A stretch of 64,000 nucleotides of DNA from Sedimenticolaceae bacterium. Its GTDB lineage: Bacteria; Pseudomonadota; Gammaproteobacteria; Chromatiales; Chromatiaceae. The translations under genes and the position numbers were made by a program. Of the stretch, positions 33,013 to 47,430 are shown piece after piece. The stretch is from contig JBNKOL010000077.1 of the NCBI GenBank assembly GCA_050294655.1, positions 22,428-86,427 on the forward strand, given 5' to 3'. How positions within the stretch are numbered: the first letter of the stretch is position 1; each line of letters begins with the position of its first letter. The notes below the pieces were generated by a model. It saw only the letters and a program-made list of their open reading frames with translations, had not been told where the DNA came from and made no database searches.

Positions 33013-33030
33013 TTTCAGGGGGCTGAGCGA

Positions 33031-34068
33031 TTGACCAGGCGACTGCAGGAGCTTGCTGAAGCCTTAGATGTTGAGCTGCGTGGCGACCCGGAGACCGTGA
33101 TCTCCGGTGTTGGCACCCTGCAGCATGCCGAAGCCGGCCAGTTGAGTTTTCTCAGCAACCCCAGTTACCGACGCTACCTCAAGTCGACCCGCGCCTCGGC
33201 GGTGGTGATCGGACCGGCTGATGCCGATCACTGTCCCGTCGCGGCGTTAATCAGCGATAATCCCTACCTAAGCTACGCACGCGCGGTGGCGCTGCTGTTT
33301 CCGCAACCCGCCTTTGAACCGGGGGTCCATACCAGCGCGGTGGTGGCGGAGTCCGCCCGGATCGACGCCAGCGCTTATATCGGTGCCTGTGTGGTGGTCG
33401 GAGAGGATGTCACCATCGGTCCCGACGCTTACATCGGACCGGGCTGCGTCATCGAGGCGGGATGTTGTGTCGGTCAGGCCACGCGCCTGGTGGCACGAGT
33501 CACCCTCTGCCGCGACACGCTGGTCGGTTCACGCTGCCTGATCCACCCGGGTGCGGTGCTCGGCGCCGATGGATTCGGTCTGGCCAATGATAATGGTCGC
33601 TGGGAGAAAGTTCCTCAACTGGGACGTGTTCGGGTGGGTGACGAGGTGGAGATTGGCGCCAACACCACCATCGATCGCGGCGCCCTGGAGGACACGGTGC
33701 TGCACGATGGGGTCAAGCTCGATAACCTGATCCAGATCGCGCACAATGTGGAGATCGGTGAACACACCGCCATGGCTGGTTGTTCCGCCGTCGCCGGCTC
33801 GACAAAAATCGGCCGTCATTGTACTGTCGGCGGACTCAGCGGAGTGGTCGGGCACCTGACGATTGGGGATAATGTCCACTTTTCGGCCGCCACCCTGGTG
33901 ACACGCTCATTTGAGTCTCCGGGCTACTACAGTGGCGGCCTGCCGGCGATGGAGAATGGGGAGTGGCGCAAGGCGGTTGCCCGGGTGCGGCGCCTTGAGG
34001 AGATGAGCATGCAATTGAAAGCCCTGAAAAAGAAAGTTCGTAAGCTGTCAGGCGATGCGGACGAATGA
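33031..34068 (+). CDS. lpxD: UDP-3-O-acyl-glucosamine N-acyltransferase
   Basis: Hexapeptide repeats, GADGFG, EIGANTTIDRG, DNLIQIAHN. Confidence 0.98.
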   Translation: MTRRLQELAEALDVELRGDPETVISGVGTLQHAEAGQLSFLSNPSYRRYLKSTRASAVVIGPADADHCPVAALISDNPYLSYARAVALLFPQPAFEPGVHTSAVVAESARIDASAYIGACVVVGEDVTIGPDAYIGPGCVIEAGCCVGQATRLVARVTLCRDTLVGSRCLIHPGAVLGADGFGLANDNGRWEKVPQLGRVRVGDEVEIGANTTIDRGALEDTVLHDGVKLDNLIQIAHNVEIGEHTAMAGCSAVAGSTKIGRHCTVGGLSGVVGHLTIGDNVHFSAATLVTRSFESPGYYSGGLPAMENGEWRKAVARVRRLEEMSMQLKALKKKVRKLSGDADE

Positions 34069-34093
34069 TACTGCATAGCATTGGGAGAGCGAT

Positions 34094-34543
34094 TTGATCG
34101 CGATGGATATCAACAAGGTGCTGCGTCTACTGCCGCACCGCTACCCTTTCCTACTCATCGACCGGGTACTCGAATACGAAAAAGACACTCGTCTGCTGGC
34201 GTTGAAGAACGTGACCTACAATGAGCCCTTCTTCAACGGCCATTTCCCGGTACAACCGGTGATGCCGGGGGTGCTGATCGTCGAAGCGATGGCCCAGGCC
34301 ACCGGACTGCTGGCCATGGAGTCGAATCCGGAGACAGTCAATGAGACCACCATCTACCTCTTCGTCGGCATCGACAAGGCGCGTTTCAAACAGCAGGTTG
34401 AGCCCGGTGATCAGTTGATGATCGAGGTTGAGCAGAGCAAGATGAAACGGGGTATCGGCTTCTTTGACTGCTCGGCAAATGTGGATGGTAAAACGGTCGC
34501 CACTGCCGAGATCATGTGTACCGCGAGGGAGATAGGAAGCTGA
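34094..34543 (+). CDS. fabZ: 3-hydroxyacyl-ACP dehydratase
   Basis: [29 protein letters not shown]; start is TTG 34094 or ATG 34103. Confidence 0.98.
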   Translation: MIAMDINKVLRLLPHRYPFLLIDRVLEYEKDTRLLALKNVTYNEPFFNGHFPVQPVMPGVLIVEAMAQATGLLAMESNPETVNETTIYLFVGIDKARFKQQVEPGDQLMIEVEQSKMKRGIGFFDCSANVDGKTVATAEIMCTAREIGS

Positions 34544-35310
34544 TCGATTCGCGTGCAGTCATCGATCCCACAGCCGAACTGGAGGAGGGCGTAAGCGTCG
34601 GCCCCTTCAGCGTGATCGGCGCCGATGTCCACATCGGTAAGGGCACGACCATCGGTCCGCATGTGGTGATCAAGGGCCCGACTAGCCTCGGTCGGGAGAA
34701 TCATATCTATCAGTTCGCCTCCGTCGGCGAGGATCCCCAGGACAAAAAGTACGCTGGCGAGCCCACACGGCTGGAGATCGGCGATCGCAACGTAATTCGC
34801 GAATGCGCCACCCTGCATCGGGGCACGCTGCAGGATCAGGGCATCACCCGTATCGGCAATGACAATCTCTTCATGGCCTACATCCATGTCGCCCACGACT
34901 GTGTGATCGGCGATAACGTCATCATGGCCAACGGTGCTTCCCTGGGCGGCCATGTACAGATCGGCGATTGGGCCATCCTGGGCGGCTTTACCATGGTGCA
35001 CCAGTTTGGGCGTGTAGGTGCCCACAGCTTTTGTGGCATGGGCTCCGCGGTCAACATGGATCTGCCCCCTTTCGTCACCGTCTCCGGCCAGCCTGCAAAA
35101 CCCCACGGTATCAATAGCGAGGGGTTGAAACGGCGGGATTTCAGTGCTGAGGAGATCAAACAGATCAAGCGGGCCTACAAATTGATCTACAAATCGGGGA
35201 TGCGTCTGGAAGCAGCGCGAGAGGCCATCGGCGCCATGTTGGAGGAAACACCCGCTCTGCAGGTTTTGTACGACTTCCTGGAAGAGAGCGGCCGCGGCAT
35301 TCTCCGCTAA
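34540..35310 (+). CDS. lpxA: UDP-N-acetylglucosamine acyltransferase (probable CTG start; alternative GTG at 34516)
   Basis: [28 protein letters not shown]. Confidence 0.97.
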   Translation: MIDSRAVIDPTAELEEGVSVGPFSVIGADVHIGKGTTIGPHVVIKGPTSLGRENHIYQFASVGEDPQDKKYAGEPTRLEIGDRNVIRECATLHRGTLQDQGITRIGNDNLFMAYIHVAHDCVIGDNVIMANGASLGGHVQIGDWAILGGFTMVHQFGRVGAHSFCGMGSAVNMDLPPFVTVSGQPAKPHGINSEGLKRRDFSAEEIKQIKRAYKLIYKSGMRLEAAREAIGAMLEETPALQVLYDFLEESGRGILR

Positions 35311-35320
35311 CTGAACCATC

Positions 35321-35375
35321 GGTGGGGCAGGCTTCCACCCTACAATGATCCGGTAGGGCGGGGCCCTGCCCCACC
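35321..35375. repeat. Inverted doublet of 23-nt GTAG-type REP-like sequences
   Basis: GTAGGGCGGGGCCCTGCCCCACC (35353-35375, +) and GTAGGGTGGAAGCCTGCCCCACC (35343-35321, -). Confidence 0.65.
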
Positions 35376-35444
35376 AGGAAACAACAAAGAGCGAGGTGCG
35401 GTTCGCCTCACCGATACCACACAACCCGCAGCGACAACATAAAC

Positions 35445-36617
35445 GTGACGCCGAGCCATTCACCCAACAACCCCCTCCGCATCGGCATTGTGGTTAACGA
35501 AGTCTCAGGCGATCAACTGGCCGCGGCTTTGATCGAAGCGCTCAGGCAACGACATCCACAGATCGAATTCGAAGGTATGACCGGCCCGTTGATGGAGGCC
35601 GCGGGCTGTCGATCCCTCGCCCGCATGGACCCGGTGATGGGTCTGACCGAGATTCTCAAGCACCTGCCTGGTCTGCTGAAGCTGCGCCGTCGGCTATTCG
35701 ACCATTTCAATCTGAAGCGACCGGACCTGGTGGTCGGTGTCGATGCCCCCGATTTCAATCTGGCCTTGGAGCGGAGACTCAAGACAGCCGGCATCAAGAC
35801 CGCTCACTTCGTCTGCCCCAGCGTCTGGGCCTGGCGCCAGGGCAGGGCACGCAAATTTCGCGATACAGTCGACCTGATGCTCTGTATCTTCGACTTCGAG
35901 GTCGACTTCCTGCGCAACTACCGGGTCAATGCCGCCTATGTGGGGCACCCACTGGCGGACCAGATTCCGCTGCAGGCACCCGATGCAGCCGTAGTGCGGA
36001 CTTGCATTGGCCTCGATCCGCTGCAACCCGTGGTGGCCCTGCTCCCCGGCAGTCGCATGAGCGAGGTGGGCCGGCTGGCTGACGATTTCCTGCACACTGC
36101 TGTGTGGTGCCTGGAGCGCCGTCCCGGCCTGCAGTTTGTCGCACCGATGGTTAATGATCGGGTGCGACAGGCGTTTCAGGCCCGTATTTCAGCCCTTGCG
36201 CCACGACTGCCGATCACGCTACTCAATGGCCGTCCCAGGGACGCTATCGGTGCGGCGGACGTGGTGCTTACCGCCTCGGGTACGGCAACCCTGGAGACGC
36301 TGCTGCTGAAACGGCCGATGGTGGTGGCTTACCGCCTGTCGCCCTTTAGCCATTGGCTGATCCGTACCTTCAAACTGCTCAAAATCCCCCATGTGGCGAT
36401 TGCCAATCTGCTGGCCGATCGGCCGCTGGCGCCGGAGTTTTTGCAGCATGAGTGCAGGCCAGAGAACCTGGGCGGTGCGCTGTTGGCGTTGTTGGATGAT
36501 GGGGAAAAGCGGCAGCAGATTGCCGACCACTATTTGCAAATCCATCAGCGTTTACGCTGCAATGCGGCTGAACGGGCGGCGGAAGCCGTATTGAAATTGA
36601 TCGGGAATCCAGCATGA
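35445..36617 (+). CDS. lpxB: Lipid-A-disaccharide synthase
   Basis: [39 protein letters not shown]. Confidence 0.98.
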   Translation: MTPSHSPNNPLRIGIVVNEVSGDQLAAALIEALRQRHPQIEFEGMTGPLMEAAGCRSLARMDPVMGLTEILKHLPGLLKLRRRLFDHFNLKRPDLVVGVDAPDFNLALERRLKTAGIKTAHFVCPSVWAWRQGRARKFRDTVDLMLCIFDFEVDFLRNYRVNAAYVGHPLADQIPLQAPDAAVVRTCIGLDPLQPVVALLPGSRMSEVGRLADDFLHTAVWCLERRPGLQFVAPMVNDRVRQAFQARISALAPRLPITLLNGRPRDAIGAADVVLTASGTATLETLLLKRPMVVAYRLSPFSHWLIRTFKLLKIPHVAIANLLADRPLAPEFLQHECRPENLGGALLALLDDGEKRQQIADHYLQIHQRLRCNAAERAAEAVLKLIGNPA

Positions 36618-37201
36618 CAATAGATATGTTTGCGCCTTCCTTTGTACACGTTGCCGGCGTCGACGAGGTGGGCCGAGGCCCCCTGGCCGGTCCGGTGGTG
36701 GCGGCGGCGGTGATCCTCGATCCGGAACACCCCATCGAGGGACTGGCCGATTCCAAGAAGCTCAGTGAAAAGCGGCGTGAGACGCTCGATTTGGAAATCC
36801 GCGAGCGGGCCTTCTGCTGGGCTCTGGGCCGGGCCGAAGCGGAGGAGATCGACCGCATCAATATTCTGCAGGCGAGCCTGTTGGCGATGCAGCGGGCGGT
36901 GGCGGCACTGAGTACGCAGCCCGGGCTGGCCCTGGTCGATGGCAACCGTGCGCCGCAACTCGCCTGTCGCGTGCGGACCATCGTCGGCGGCGATGCCAGC
37001 GAGCCTGCCATCAGCGCCGCCTCCATCATCGCCAAGGTGGCGCGGGACCGGGAGATGGTGGAACTGGACGCCCGCTATCCCGGCTACGGCCTGGCGAAAC
37101 ACAAGGGCTATCCCACCAAGCAGCATCTCCAGGGCCTTGAACTACTGGGGGTGACCCCCATTCATCGGCGCACATTTGCCCCTGTCAAACGTTTACTTTA
37201 A
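36614..37201 (+). CDS. rnhB: Ribonuclease HII
   Basis: [37 protein letters not shown]. Confidence 0.99.
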   Translation: MTIDMFAPSFVHVAGVDEVGRGPLAGPVVAAAVILDPEHPIEGLADSKKLSEKRRETLDLEIRERAFCWALGRAEAEEIDRINILQASLLAMQRAVAALSTQPGLALVDGNRAPQLACRVRTIVGGDASEPAISAASIIAKVARDREMVELDARYPGYGLAKHKGYPTKQHLQGLELLGVTPIHRRTFAPVKRLL

Positions 37202-37418
37202 AGCGACTTTAGTATTTTCTGATTTATCTGAAAGGCCGCCTCCCTCATCTCGGTCTGAGAGTGCACAGGCTTTTTTACCCCACAGCGAATGTTGTGTTCT
37301 AGACTAAAGGAGCTGATAACGACCCGAGAAAGTTAGCTTGGATATAGAAATGGAGAGACAGGCAGCAGAACCTTTCTGCGGATGTCATAGAAAACTTATC
37401 CTAAAGGAGAATGGAAAT

Positions 37419-38009
37419 ATGAATTTTAAGACAAAGATGTGCTTAACCATTTCGGCCCTGGTGTTGACTGCCCACACCTCGGCATTTGCCCAACCGCCAC
37501 ACCTGCCCGATCTCGTGAGTGAAGGTAACCGCTGGTTGATTACGGCCTTTGATGACAGCAGTCCCGTTCATACCCAGTGGGCGACACAGGGTATTTGTTT
37601 TTACCCTGCCGGTACTGTCGGTACACACCAGCGCTACAGATGGGTTTCCGACACCTATCCCGACTGGAACGGACGTGCCAGCCAGGAGGGCGACCAGATT
37701 TTCATGCATGGGGATTTTCAGTGGCCGTATGGTCAGGTCCGAGATGGTGGTCACGATGGCATGGAGTGGGAGATCGTTACTTCGAGCCGCGCTAATGAAG
37801 GGGCAGGTCACTGGAAGGAGTGGGTTGAAAATGGAGCCTTCGGGTTCACTGTCGGCTTTGCCAACGCCAGGCTTCAACGGGTAGGCAAATGCAAGTATGC
37901 GACAGCAGAGGAGGCCCTTCAGGCCGGTATTGAACTTGAGTTACCTAAGGATGAGCAGGGCAATTACCTGTACAACCCCTTTGGTGTATCGAGCGACAAT
38001 CTCAAGTAA
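37419..38009 (+). CDS. Secreted hypothetical protein (Trp/His-rich)
   Basis: AAGGAG RBS, signal peptide ending SAFA-Q, own downstream terminator. Confidence 0.8.
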   Translation: MNFKTKMCLTISALVLTAHTSAFAQPPHLPDLVSEGNRWLITAFDDSSPVHTQWATQGICFYPAGTVGTHQRYRWVSDTYPDWNGRASQEGDQIFMHGDFQWPYGQVRDGGHDGMEWEIVTSSRANEGAGHWKEWVENGAFGFTVGFANARLQRVGKCKYATAEEALQAGIELELPKDEQGNYLYNPFGVSSDNLK

Positions 38010-38086
38010 ATCTGTTGATTTTATGACGATTCGCGGATAAGCGGACTGAAGCTTGTCAGACCCAGGCGTATCGTGGTTATCGGCTT

Positions 38087-38123
38087 AGCCGCCTTGTTTT
38101 GATACAAGGCGGCTTTATTTTTT
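38087..38123 (+). terminator. Intrinsic terminator
   Basis: AGCCGCCTTGT-tttgat-ACAAGGCGGCT followed by TTATTTTTT. Confidence 0.85.
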
Positions 38124-38608
38124 CTGATCCCAGGCCACTTTCTGTTCTCTCTGCATCCTGATGTGATGGCTTGCGTTTAGGGCTACAAAAAACCCTTCAT
38201 CACGCCGAGGCATTGGTCTCGCACTGCGGATCCAAAATGGCATGATTTGTCGATGTGCTGTTGTGGCATATCAATCTAAGGAACCAAAGCCCTGGGAGGT
38301 AAATTCTTCAGAGTGCTGAAACGCGAAAAATCCGTACCTGAAATCGGGTCTTAAAGTAATTGATGATCAATGAGATAGATGTTCCAAGACGAAACTTCTC
38401 GATAGCAGTCACTCTACCGAAGCCCAGAGTTGCTTTTGCATAAAATGCCCTAAAGAGAAAACCAGGTCAGTCGATACCTTAAGTGTGGTAACGGAAACCA
38501 GTTAGGAGAAAAGTTCACATCAGATAGAGCCGTTTTTGCTCGGAAGCAGTGAGGGATGCTTTTTCACTTGCTGATCTACCTACGGGCAGATCATTTGTAC
38601 TGGCTATT

Positions 38609-41404
38609 ATGCAAAAACGACCGACTCCTTTGATGGCGCATGTCCATGCAGACCAGATCTACATGGTATATGGCCATGCGCCTCTCTCGCTTGCTACATC
38701 AATCCTCAACAGCGTCATTTTGGTCTACTTGCTATGGACGGTTCTGGATCATGCTCGTTTGACTGTCTGGCTTATAGCAACCTGCATGATCAGTCTGTTT
38801 CGGTTCGCCCTGTCGATTCGGTTTCACCAAGTACAGCCCAATGAAAAAAGTATCGACAGTTGGTCTGCATGGGCGCTGGCCGGAGCACTGTTGGCCGGTC
38901 TGGGCTGGGGTGCCGCAAGTTACTTCCTGTTCGCTGCAGACAGTTTGCCACATCAGGTCTTTCTGGTGTTTGTCATCGCAGGCACAACAGCGGGTGCAGT
39001 AACCACCTTGTCAGCCAGTCGTTCTGCGATCTTTGGTTTTATTCTTTTGGCGACATTGCCGTTGTCATATCGCATCTTACAGACACCGTATGAATTCAAT
39101 GTGGCGATGTGTTTTATGACCCTTCTGTTCGCTTTGTTGATGATGGTTACAGCACAACGCTTCTACCTGAATTTGACAGAGATGCTCATTGAGCGATATC
39201 TCCGTAAGGAGGCTCAGCGGCGGGATAGTGCGCGAAATCAGGTTCTTGATATGCTCTCAAAGGGAGCGCCGTTGGAGGAGATCCTGGAGATGATCATCCG
39301 GGATGTAGAGCGTGATAATCCACAGATGCTATGTTCCATCCTCCTATTGGACGAGGAAGGGAAGCGTCTGCTGTTTGGTGCGGCACCAAGCTTGCCCGAA
39401 TCCATTAGTGGCTATGCTCATGGTTTGAAGGTTGCCCCGGGAGTGTGTTCTTGCGGTACAGCTGCTTTTACGGAACAGCGGGTCATCGCCGAGGATCTGC
39501 GGACGCATCCTAACTGGGCTGATTGTCGTGATCTTTTCGCAAAAGAAGGCTTGAGATCCTGCTGGTCGCAACCTATCTTCTCCTCTAAAGGAAGGCTTTT
39601 GGGTACCTTCGCTATCTATCGGCGTCATACTCATGTGCCCGACAAGCAGGAAGTGAGGGCTCTCAAGCATGCAGTTAAATTAGCCGGTATCTCTATAGAG
39701 CGGAATCAGACAGGCGAGGCTTTGCGCCTGGCGGCTGCCATCTATCAGAACACCAGTGAGGCGATGATGATCACTGATGAGAAGAATCAAATTGTCGCCA
39801 TCAACCCTGCCTTTACGGAAGTGACGGGGTATGAAGAGGAAGACGTCCTCGGTAGGGATCCGGGGGTACTGGCGTCAGGATCTCACGACATGGAGTTTTT
39901 TAAGAGTCTTTGGAATGCCCTAAACGATGCCGGTCAATGGCGGGGGGAGATCTGGAACCGGCGTAAAAATGGCGAGGAGTTCGTCGGGTGGATGACCATC
40001 AATTCCATCTATGATAGCCAAGGTAAGGTATATCGGCGGGTATCTCTCTTTTCCGACATTACGGAGCGAAAGAAGAGCGATGCCCTGATTTGGAGACAGG
40101 CCAACTACGACACCCTGACCCAGCTGCCGAATCGACGTCTCTTTAATGACCGTCTCAAACAGGGGATCAAAATTGCCCACCGCGAGAAGCTTCACCTGGC
40201 GCTGCTGTTTCTCGATCTGGATCGTTTCAAGGAGGTCAACGATACCCTGGGTCATCAAATGGGCGATGAACTGCTGATTGAAGCGGCCCAGCGTATTAAA
40301 TCCTGTGTACGGGAATCCGATACGGTGGCGCGGTTGGGCGGTGACGAGTTCACGGTCATTTTGAATGAGTTACATGATGTCTCCGCTATAGGGGGTATAG
40401 CACAGAAGATAATCAATTCTTTGTCTGAGTCATTCAAACTACGTGATGAGCATGTATTTGTGTCCGCCAGTATTGGTATTACCGTCTACCCAGAAGACGC
40501 CATGTTGGCCGAGGAGTTATTGAAGCATGCAGATCAAGCGATGTTCGCCGCGAAAAAGAATGGCCGTAATCGAGTGTGTTATTTCATGAAGTCGATGCAG
40601 GATTCAGCACAGCAGCGTATGCATCTGATCCGGGACATCTATCAGGCATTGGTCGAAAATCAGTTCAGTGTCTATTATCAACCCATCGTAGCGCTTGCCA
40701 ATGGGCGTATTCAAAAGGCAGAGGCGTTGCTGCGTTGGAAACATCCTGAGCAGGGTTTTATCAGTCCCGCCGATTTCATTCCGGTTGCTGAAGAGACGGG
40801 CGCTATTCATGCGATTGGTGACCGGGTTTTCAAAGAAGCGGTGCAGCGGGTAAAGGATTGGCGCTCGCTCTACGATAAGGAATTTCAGGTTAGTATCAAT
40901 AAATCTCCTGTACAGTTTTTATCGGAGGCGTCCACGGAGGAAAGTTGGCTGGAGCACTTGCAACAGGTAGATGTTTCGCCACAAGGTGTAGTGATCGAAA
41001 TTACAGAGGGCGTCTTGCTGAAGGCGACAGCCAACAGTCATGAGAAGCTGCATCACCTTAGGGAAGCGGGTATCCAGGTGGCGATTGACGATTTTGGGAC
41101 CGGTTATTCTTCTCTCGCCTATCTTAAACGATTCGATATCGACTATCTGAAGCTGGATAAGTCCTTCGTCAGTAATCTGGAGACCGATGCCAGCGATCGC
41201 GCCTTATCCGAGGCCATTGTCGTGATGGCGCACAAATTGGGCATTCGCGTAATTGCTGAAGGGGTGGAGAGCCAAGCCCAGCTCGCAATCCTGAAAAAGA
41301 TCGGTTGCGACTATGCCCAGGGTTACCTTATCGCAAGACCAATGCCGGCGGATGAGTTCGAGCTACTATTGCAGAACGAGTGCGGTAGGATCAACTATGC
41401 TTGA
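38609..41404 (+). CDS. Membrane-anchored GAF-PAS-GGDEF-EAL diguanylate cyclase/phosphodiesterase
   Basis: N-terminal TM helices, GAF (SCGTAAF, SCWSQPI), PAS (WRGEIWNRRKNG), RLGGDEF with RESD I-site, EAL, DDFGTGYSS, EGVE. Start 38609 or 38549. Confidence 0.95.
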   Translation: MQKRPTPLMAHVHADQIYMVYGHAPLSLATSILNSVILVYLLWTVLDHARLTVWLIATCMISLFRFALSIRFHQVQPNEKSIDSWSAWALAGALLAGLGWGAASYFLFAADSLPHQVFLVFVIAGTTAGAVTTLSASRSAIFGFILLATLPLSYRILQTPYEFNVAMCFMTLLFALLMMVTAQRFYLNLTEMLIERYLRKEAQRRDSARNQVLDMLSKGAPLEEILEMIIRDVERDNPQMLCSILLLDEEGKRLLFGAAPSLPESISGYAHGLKVAPGVCSCGTAAFTEQRVIAEDLRTHPNWADCRDLFAKEGLRSCWSQPIFSSKGRLLGTFAIYRRHTHVPDKQEVRALKHAVKLAGISIERNQTGEALRLAAAIYQNTSEAMMITDEKNQIVAINPAFTEVTGYEEEDVLGRDPGVLASGSHDMEFFKSLWNALNDAGQWRGEIWNRRKNGEEFVGWMTINSIYDSQGKVYRRVSLFSDITERKKSDALIWRQANYDTLTQLPNRRLFNDRLKQGIKIAHREKLHLALLFLDLDRFKEVNDTLGHQMGDELLIEAAQRIKSCVRESDTVARLGGDEFTVILNELHDVSAIGGIAQKIINSLSESFKLRDEHVFVSASIGITVYPEDAMLAEELLKHADQAMFAAKKNGRNRVCYFMKSMQDSAQQRMHLIRDIYQALVENQFSVYYQPIVALANGRIQKAEALLRWKHPEQGFISPADFIPVAEETGAIHAIGDRVFKEAVQRVKDWRSLYDKEFQVSINKSPVQFLSEASTEESWLEHLQQVDVSPQGVVIEITEGVLLKATANSHEKLHHLREAGIQVAIDDFGTGYSSLAYLKRFDIDYLKLDKSFVSNLETDASDRALSEAIVVMAHKLGIRVIAEGVESQAQLAILKKIGCDYAQGYLIARPMPADEFELLLQNECGRINYA

Positions 41405-41613
41405 TTACGTTCTGAGTGCAATATGTGGTCGCGTAGCGATCCTCAGCGGTTATATATGTAGCCTACGAATGTTATGTATTGTGGAAAGCATTGCATGGAT
41501 TTGCCCTCCGCTTTTTCAGATGAGAGTCCACGATATCTCCTCTATGCAGTGCCCTTTCCACAGGAGTGAGGTGTCTGCCCATTTATACCACTACGAGTTA
41601 TGAGGCAGTAATT

Positions 41614-43197
41614 GTGAAAAAAAATTTTCCTGTAACCAAAAACGAGGTCAAGTTTGCAGAGCATGATCGCATCATTTCGACTACCGACCTCAAAGGTGCG
41701 ATCACCTCGGTAAACGATACATTCATACGTATCAGCGGCTTCAGTCGCGAAGAATTGATCGGTTTCAATCACAACATGGTACGCCATCCTGATATGCCAC
41801 CGCTGGCGTTCGAGAATCTATGGCAGACAATCAAGGCAGGCAAGCCCTGGATCGGATTGGTAAAGAATCGCTGCAAGAATGGCGACTACTACTGGGTCCA
41901 TGCATATGTATCGCCTATCTATGAGGGAGATGAAATAGCCGGCTATCAGTCGGTCAGGTACCTGCCCAGTCGTGATCAGATTGAGCGTGCAGAAAAGCTC
42001 TATGCCCAGATCAGTAAGCAGGGCGGGAAACTCGGACTGATCGGTAAACTGCAGTTCCGTTTCAGCTATACCCAGCGGGCTTTCCTTTCTATTCTGCTGC
42101 TGATGCTGCTTGCCGTCAGTGTCGAATTCGCATTCGGGCGTCTCTCTCTGACTTCTGGCGCAATCATAGCGCTTGCAGGCATCCCCCTGGCTGGCCTGGT
42201 CGCCCATTTTCTGGCCAGGCCTCTTGCGCGGTTACGCTCGATAGGTAAAGCCATTGCCGACAACGATCTGCTTGAGTTCGTCTACTCGGGTAACGGGCAA
42301 GAGGCCGCTACGGTCGAGCATGCCCTGTTGATGCTGCAGTCAAAGCTCAACACTGCGGTGGGTCGGCTGCACCATTTTTCCAACTTTCTGTGTAACGCTG
42401 CGGAAAGTTCGGCATCTGCCGCCAAGCGCAGTGATGAAAATGTACAAAAGATCGAATCTGAAGTCGAACAGGTCGCTACTGCGGTCAACGAGATGAGCGC
42501 GACCGTCGAGGAGATCGCGCGTAATGCGAACAGCACCGCTGAGAAGACCCAGTCGACCCGATCACAGGTGGATGACGGTAGCAGTACTTTGAGTGAAGCC
42601 ATGAGCCAGATTAGCGATCTTAGCAAACACGTAGAACAAACCGGCGAGCTGATCAATAAGTTGAACCAGGATTTCAGGAGCGTTGACGCGGTACTGCATT
42701 TTATTGAAGAGATCTCGGAGCAGACCAACCTGTTGGCGTTGAATGCGGCGATTGAAGCGGCGCGCGCTGGTGAGCATGGCAGAGGGTTCGCGGTGGTCGC
42801 TGATCAAGTGCGCACACTGGCAAATCAAACCAAGGAGTCAACCAACAACATTAAGACCCTGCTTGTCGCACTCGATGGAGATATGAACTCAGTGATCAAA
42901 GACATGGACAGAAGTCGCAGCCAGATGCAGCATGTCCTGGCACAGAGCGAGCATCTGCGAGAGGATCTCAATCGAATACAGGAGTCGATCGTCACTGTGA
43001 CGGATATGAATACCAGTATCGCCAGTGCGGTGGACGAACAACACACGGTAGTGGAGGAGATCAATCGTAACATCCACAATATCAGCGAGATCTCGAGTCA
43101 GACCGCTCAGGATGCACGACAATCCACCGAGGCGGCGGCGGAGCTGGGTGATACAGCCCAGTCGCTGGAGGTTCTGATCAAACAGGTAACCAGCTAG
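41614..43197 (+). CDS. aer: Aer-type PAS-domain methyl-accepting chemotaxis protein
   Basis: [37 protein letters not shown]; [27 protein letters not shown]; GTG start. Confidence 0.88.
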   Translation: MKKNFPVTKNEVKFAEHDRIISTTDLKGAITSVNDTFIRISGFSREELIGFNHNMVRHPDMPPLAFENLWQTIKAGKPWIGLVKNRCKNGDYYWVHAYVSPIYEGDEIAGYQSVRYLPSRDQIERAEKLYAQISKQGGKLGLIGKLQFRFSYTQRAFLSILLLMLLAVSVEFAFGRLSLTSGAIIALAGIPLAGLVAHFLARPLARLRSIGKAIADNDLLEFVYSGNGQEAATVEHALLMLQSKLNTAVGRLHHFSNFLCNAAESSASAAKRSDENVQKIESEVEQVATAVNEMSATVEEIARNANSTAEKTQSTRSQVDDGSSTLSEAMSQISDLSKHVEQTGELINKLNQDFRSVDAVLHFIEEISEQTNLLALNAAIEAARAGEHGRGFAVVADQVRTLANQTKESTNNIKTLLVALDGDMNSVIKDMDRSRSQMQHVLAQSEHLREDLNRIQESIVTVTDMNTSIASAVDEQHTVVEEINRNIHNISEISSQTAQDARQSTEAAAELGDTAQSLEVLIKQVTS

Positions 43198-43522
43198 AGC
43201 GAGTTACCTGTATTCCGGGGTGTGGTGCTACCACAGCCCAGCTTGCTGGCGGTGAAGCCACGGTTGATGGTTTTGTGCGCATATCCGGCTCAGTCCCGCA
43301 CAGTGCCAATCGGCCAGTTGACGAGTGAGTCTGTCCGCCATCTGGTTTTTGCAATCGTCGTTTGCGGAGTGCATTGGGGGATAAACCCGGGAGAAGCGGG
43401 GAGTTGGGGCAAGATCGTCTACAGAAGGATGTACATGGGGCATTGCGGGAGAGGCAGCAGCTACTGCGAGAGTGGAATCCGGGCTCATGTTTTGAGTCCG
43501 ATTCAGGTTAGAATCTCCTCCC

Positions 43523-47044
<3,522 letters not shown>

Positions 47045-47387
47045 GTTATTGGACTCTGAATCCTCGTGCTACTCAATGAGGGGGGGCGTCGCATTGACAG
47101 CAAGATTGCTCGTACGAAGAGTCTTGGAATGAAGCCCAATTGGCAGTCACTCTCGGTTAAGAATATAGTCAACTCAGCCATGAGTTGACTTCGAGCCCAA
47201 AGAAAAAATAGGGGTAGTTCAAGGTTTCTTTTTTTGCTGCGTTAGCGCAAGCCGCGCCCTAAAGCTGCTTCGAGTCGAGAGTGCGGTTTGCGATGCCGTA
47301 TCGGTTGGAATATCCAAAAAAATGATTCCTTAGCATAGCGTCGTTTATTCGAGTGTCTGTTTATCTCAAGTAGAGAATGAATAAATT

Positions 47388-47417
47388 TGCATGGCCGTCA
47401 GTTCCTGACGGCATGCA
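47388..47417 (-). terminator. Hairpin downstream of degV-like gene
   Basis: TGCATG(G)CCGTCAG-ttc-CTGACGGCATGCA, 13 nt past the stop codon. Confidence 0.5.
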
Positions 47418-47430
47418 CATTCCGTCTCAC

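Noticed and set aside
19000-37200. Many 60-350 aa ORFs overlapping glnD-rnhB genes
   Set aside because: Alternative-frame or antisense shadows of well-identified core genes.
38296-38422. Loose resemblance to a c-di-GMP-I riboswitch upstream of the GGDEF-EAL gene (GGTAAA...ACGCGAA...GATAGC...TACCGA)
   Set aside because: No GNRA tetraloop in the P2 position and no convincing P3; would need an Infernal hit to the c-di-GMP-I model.
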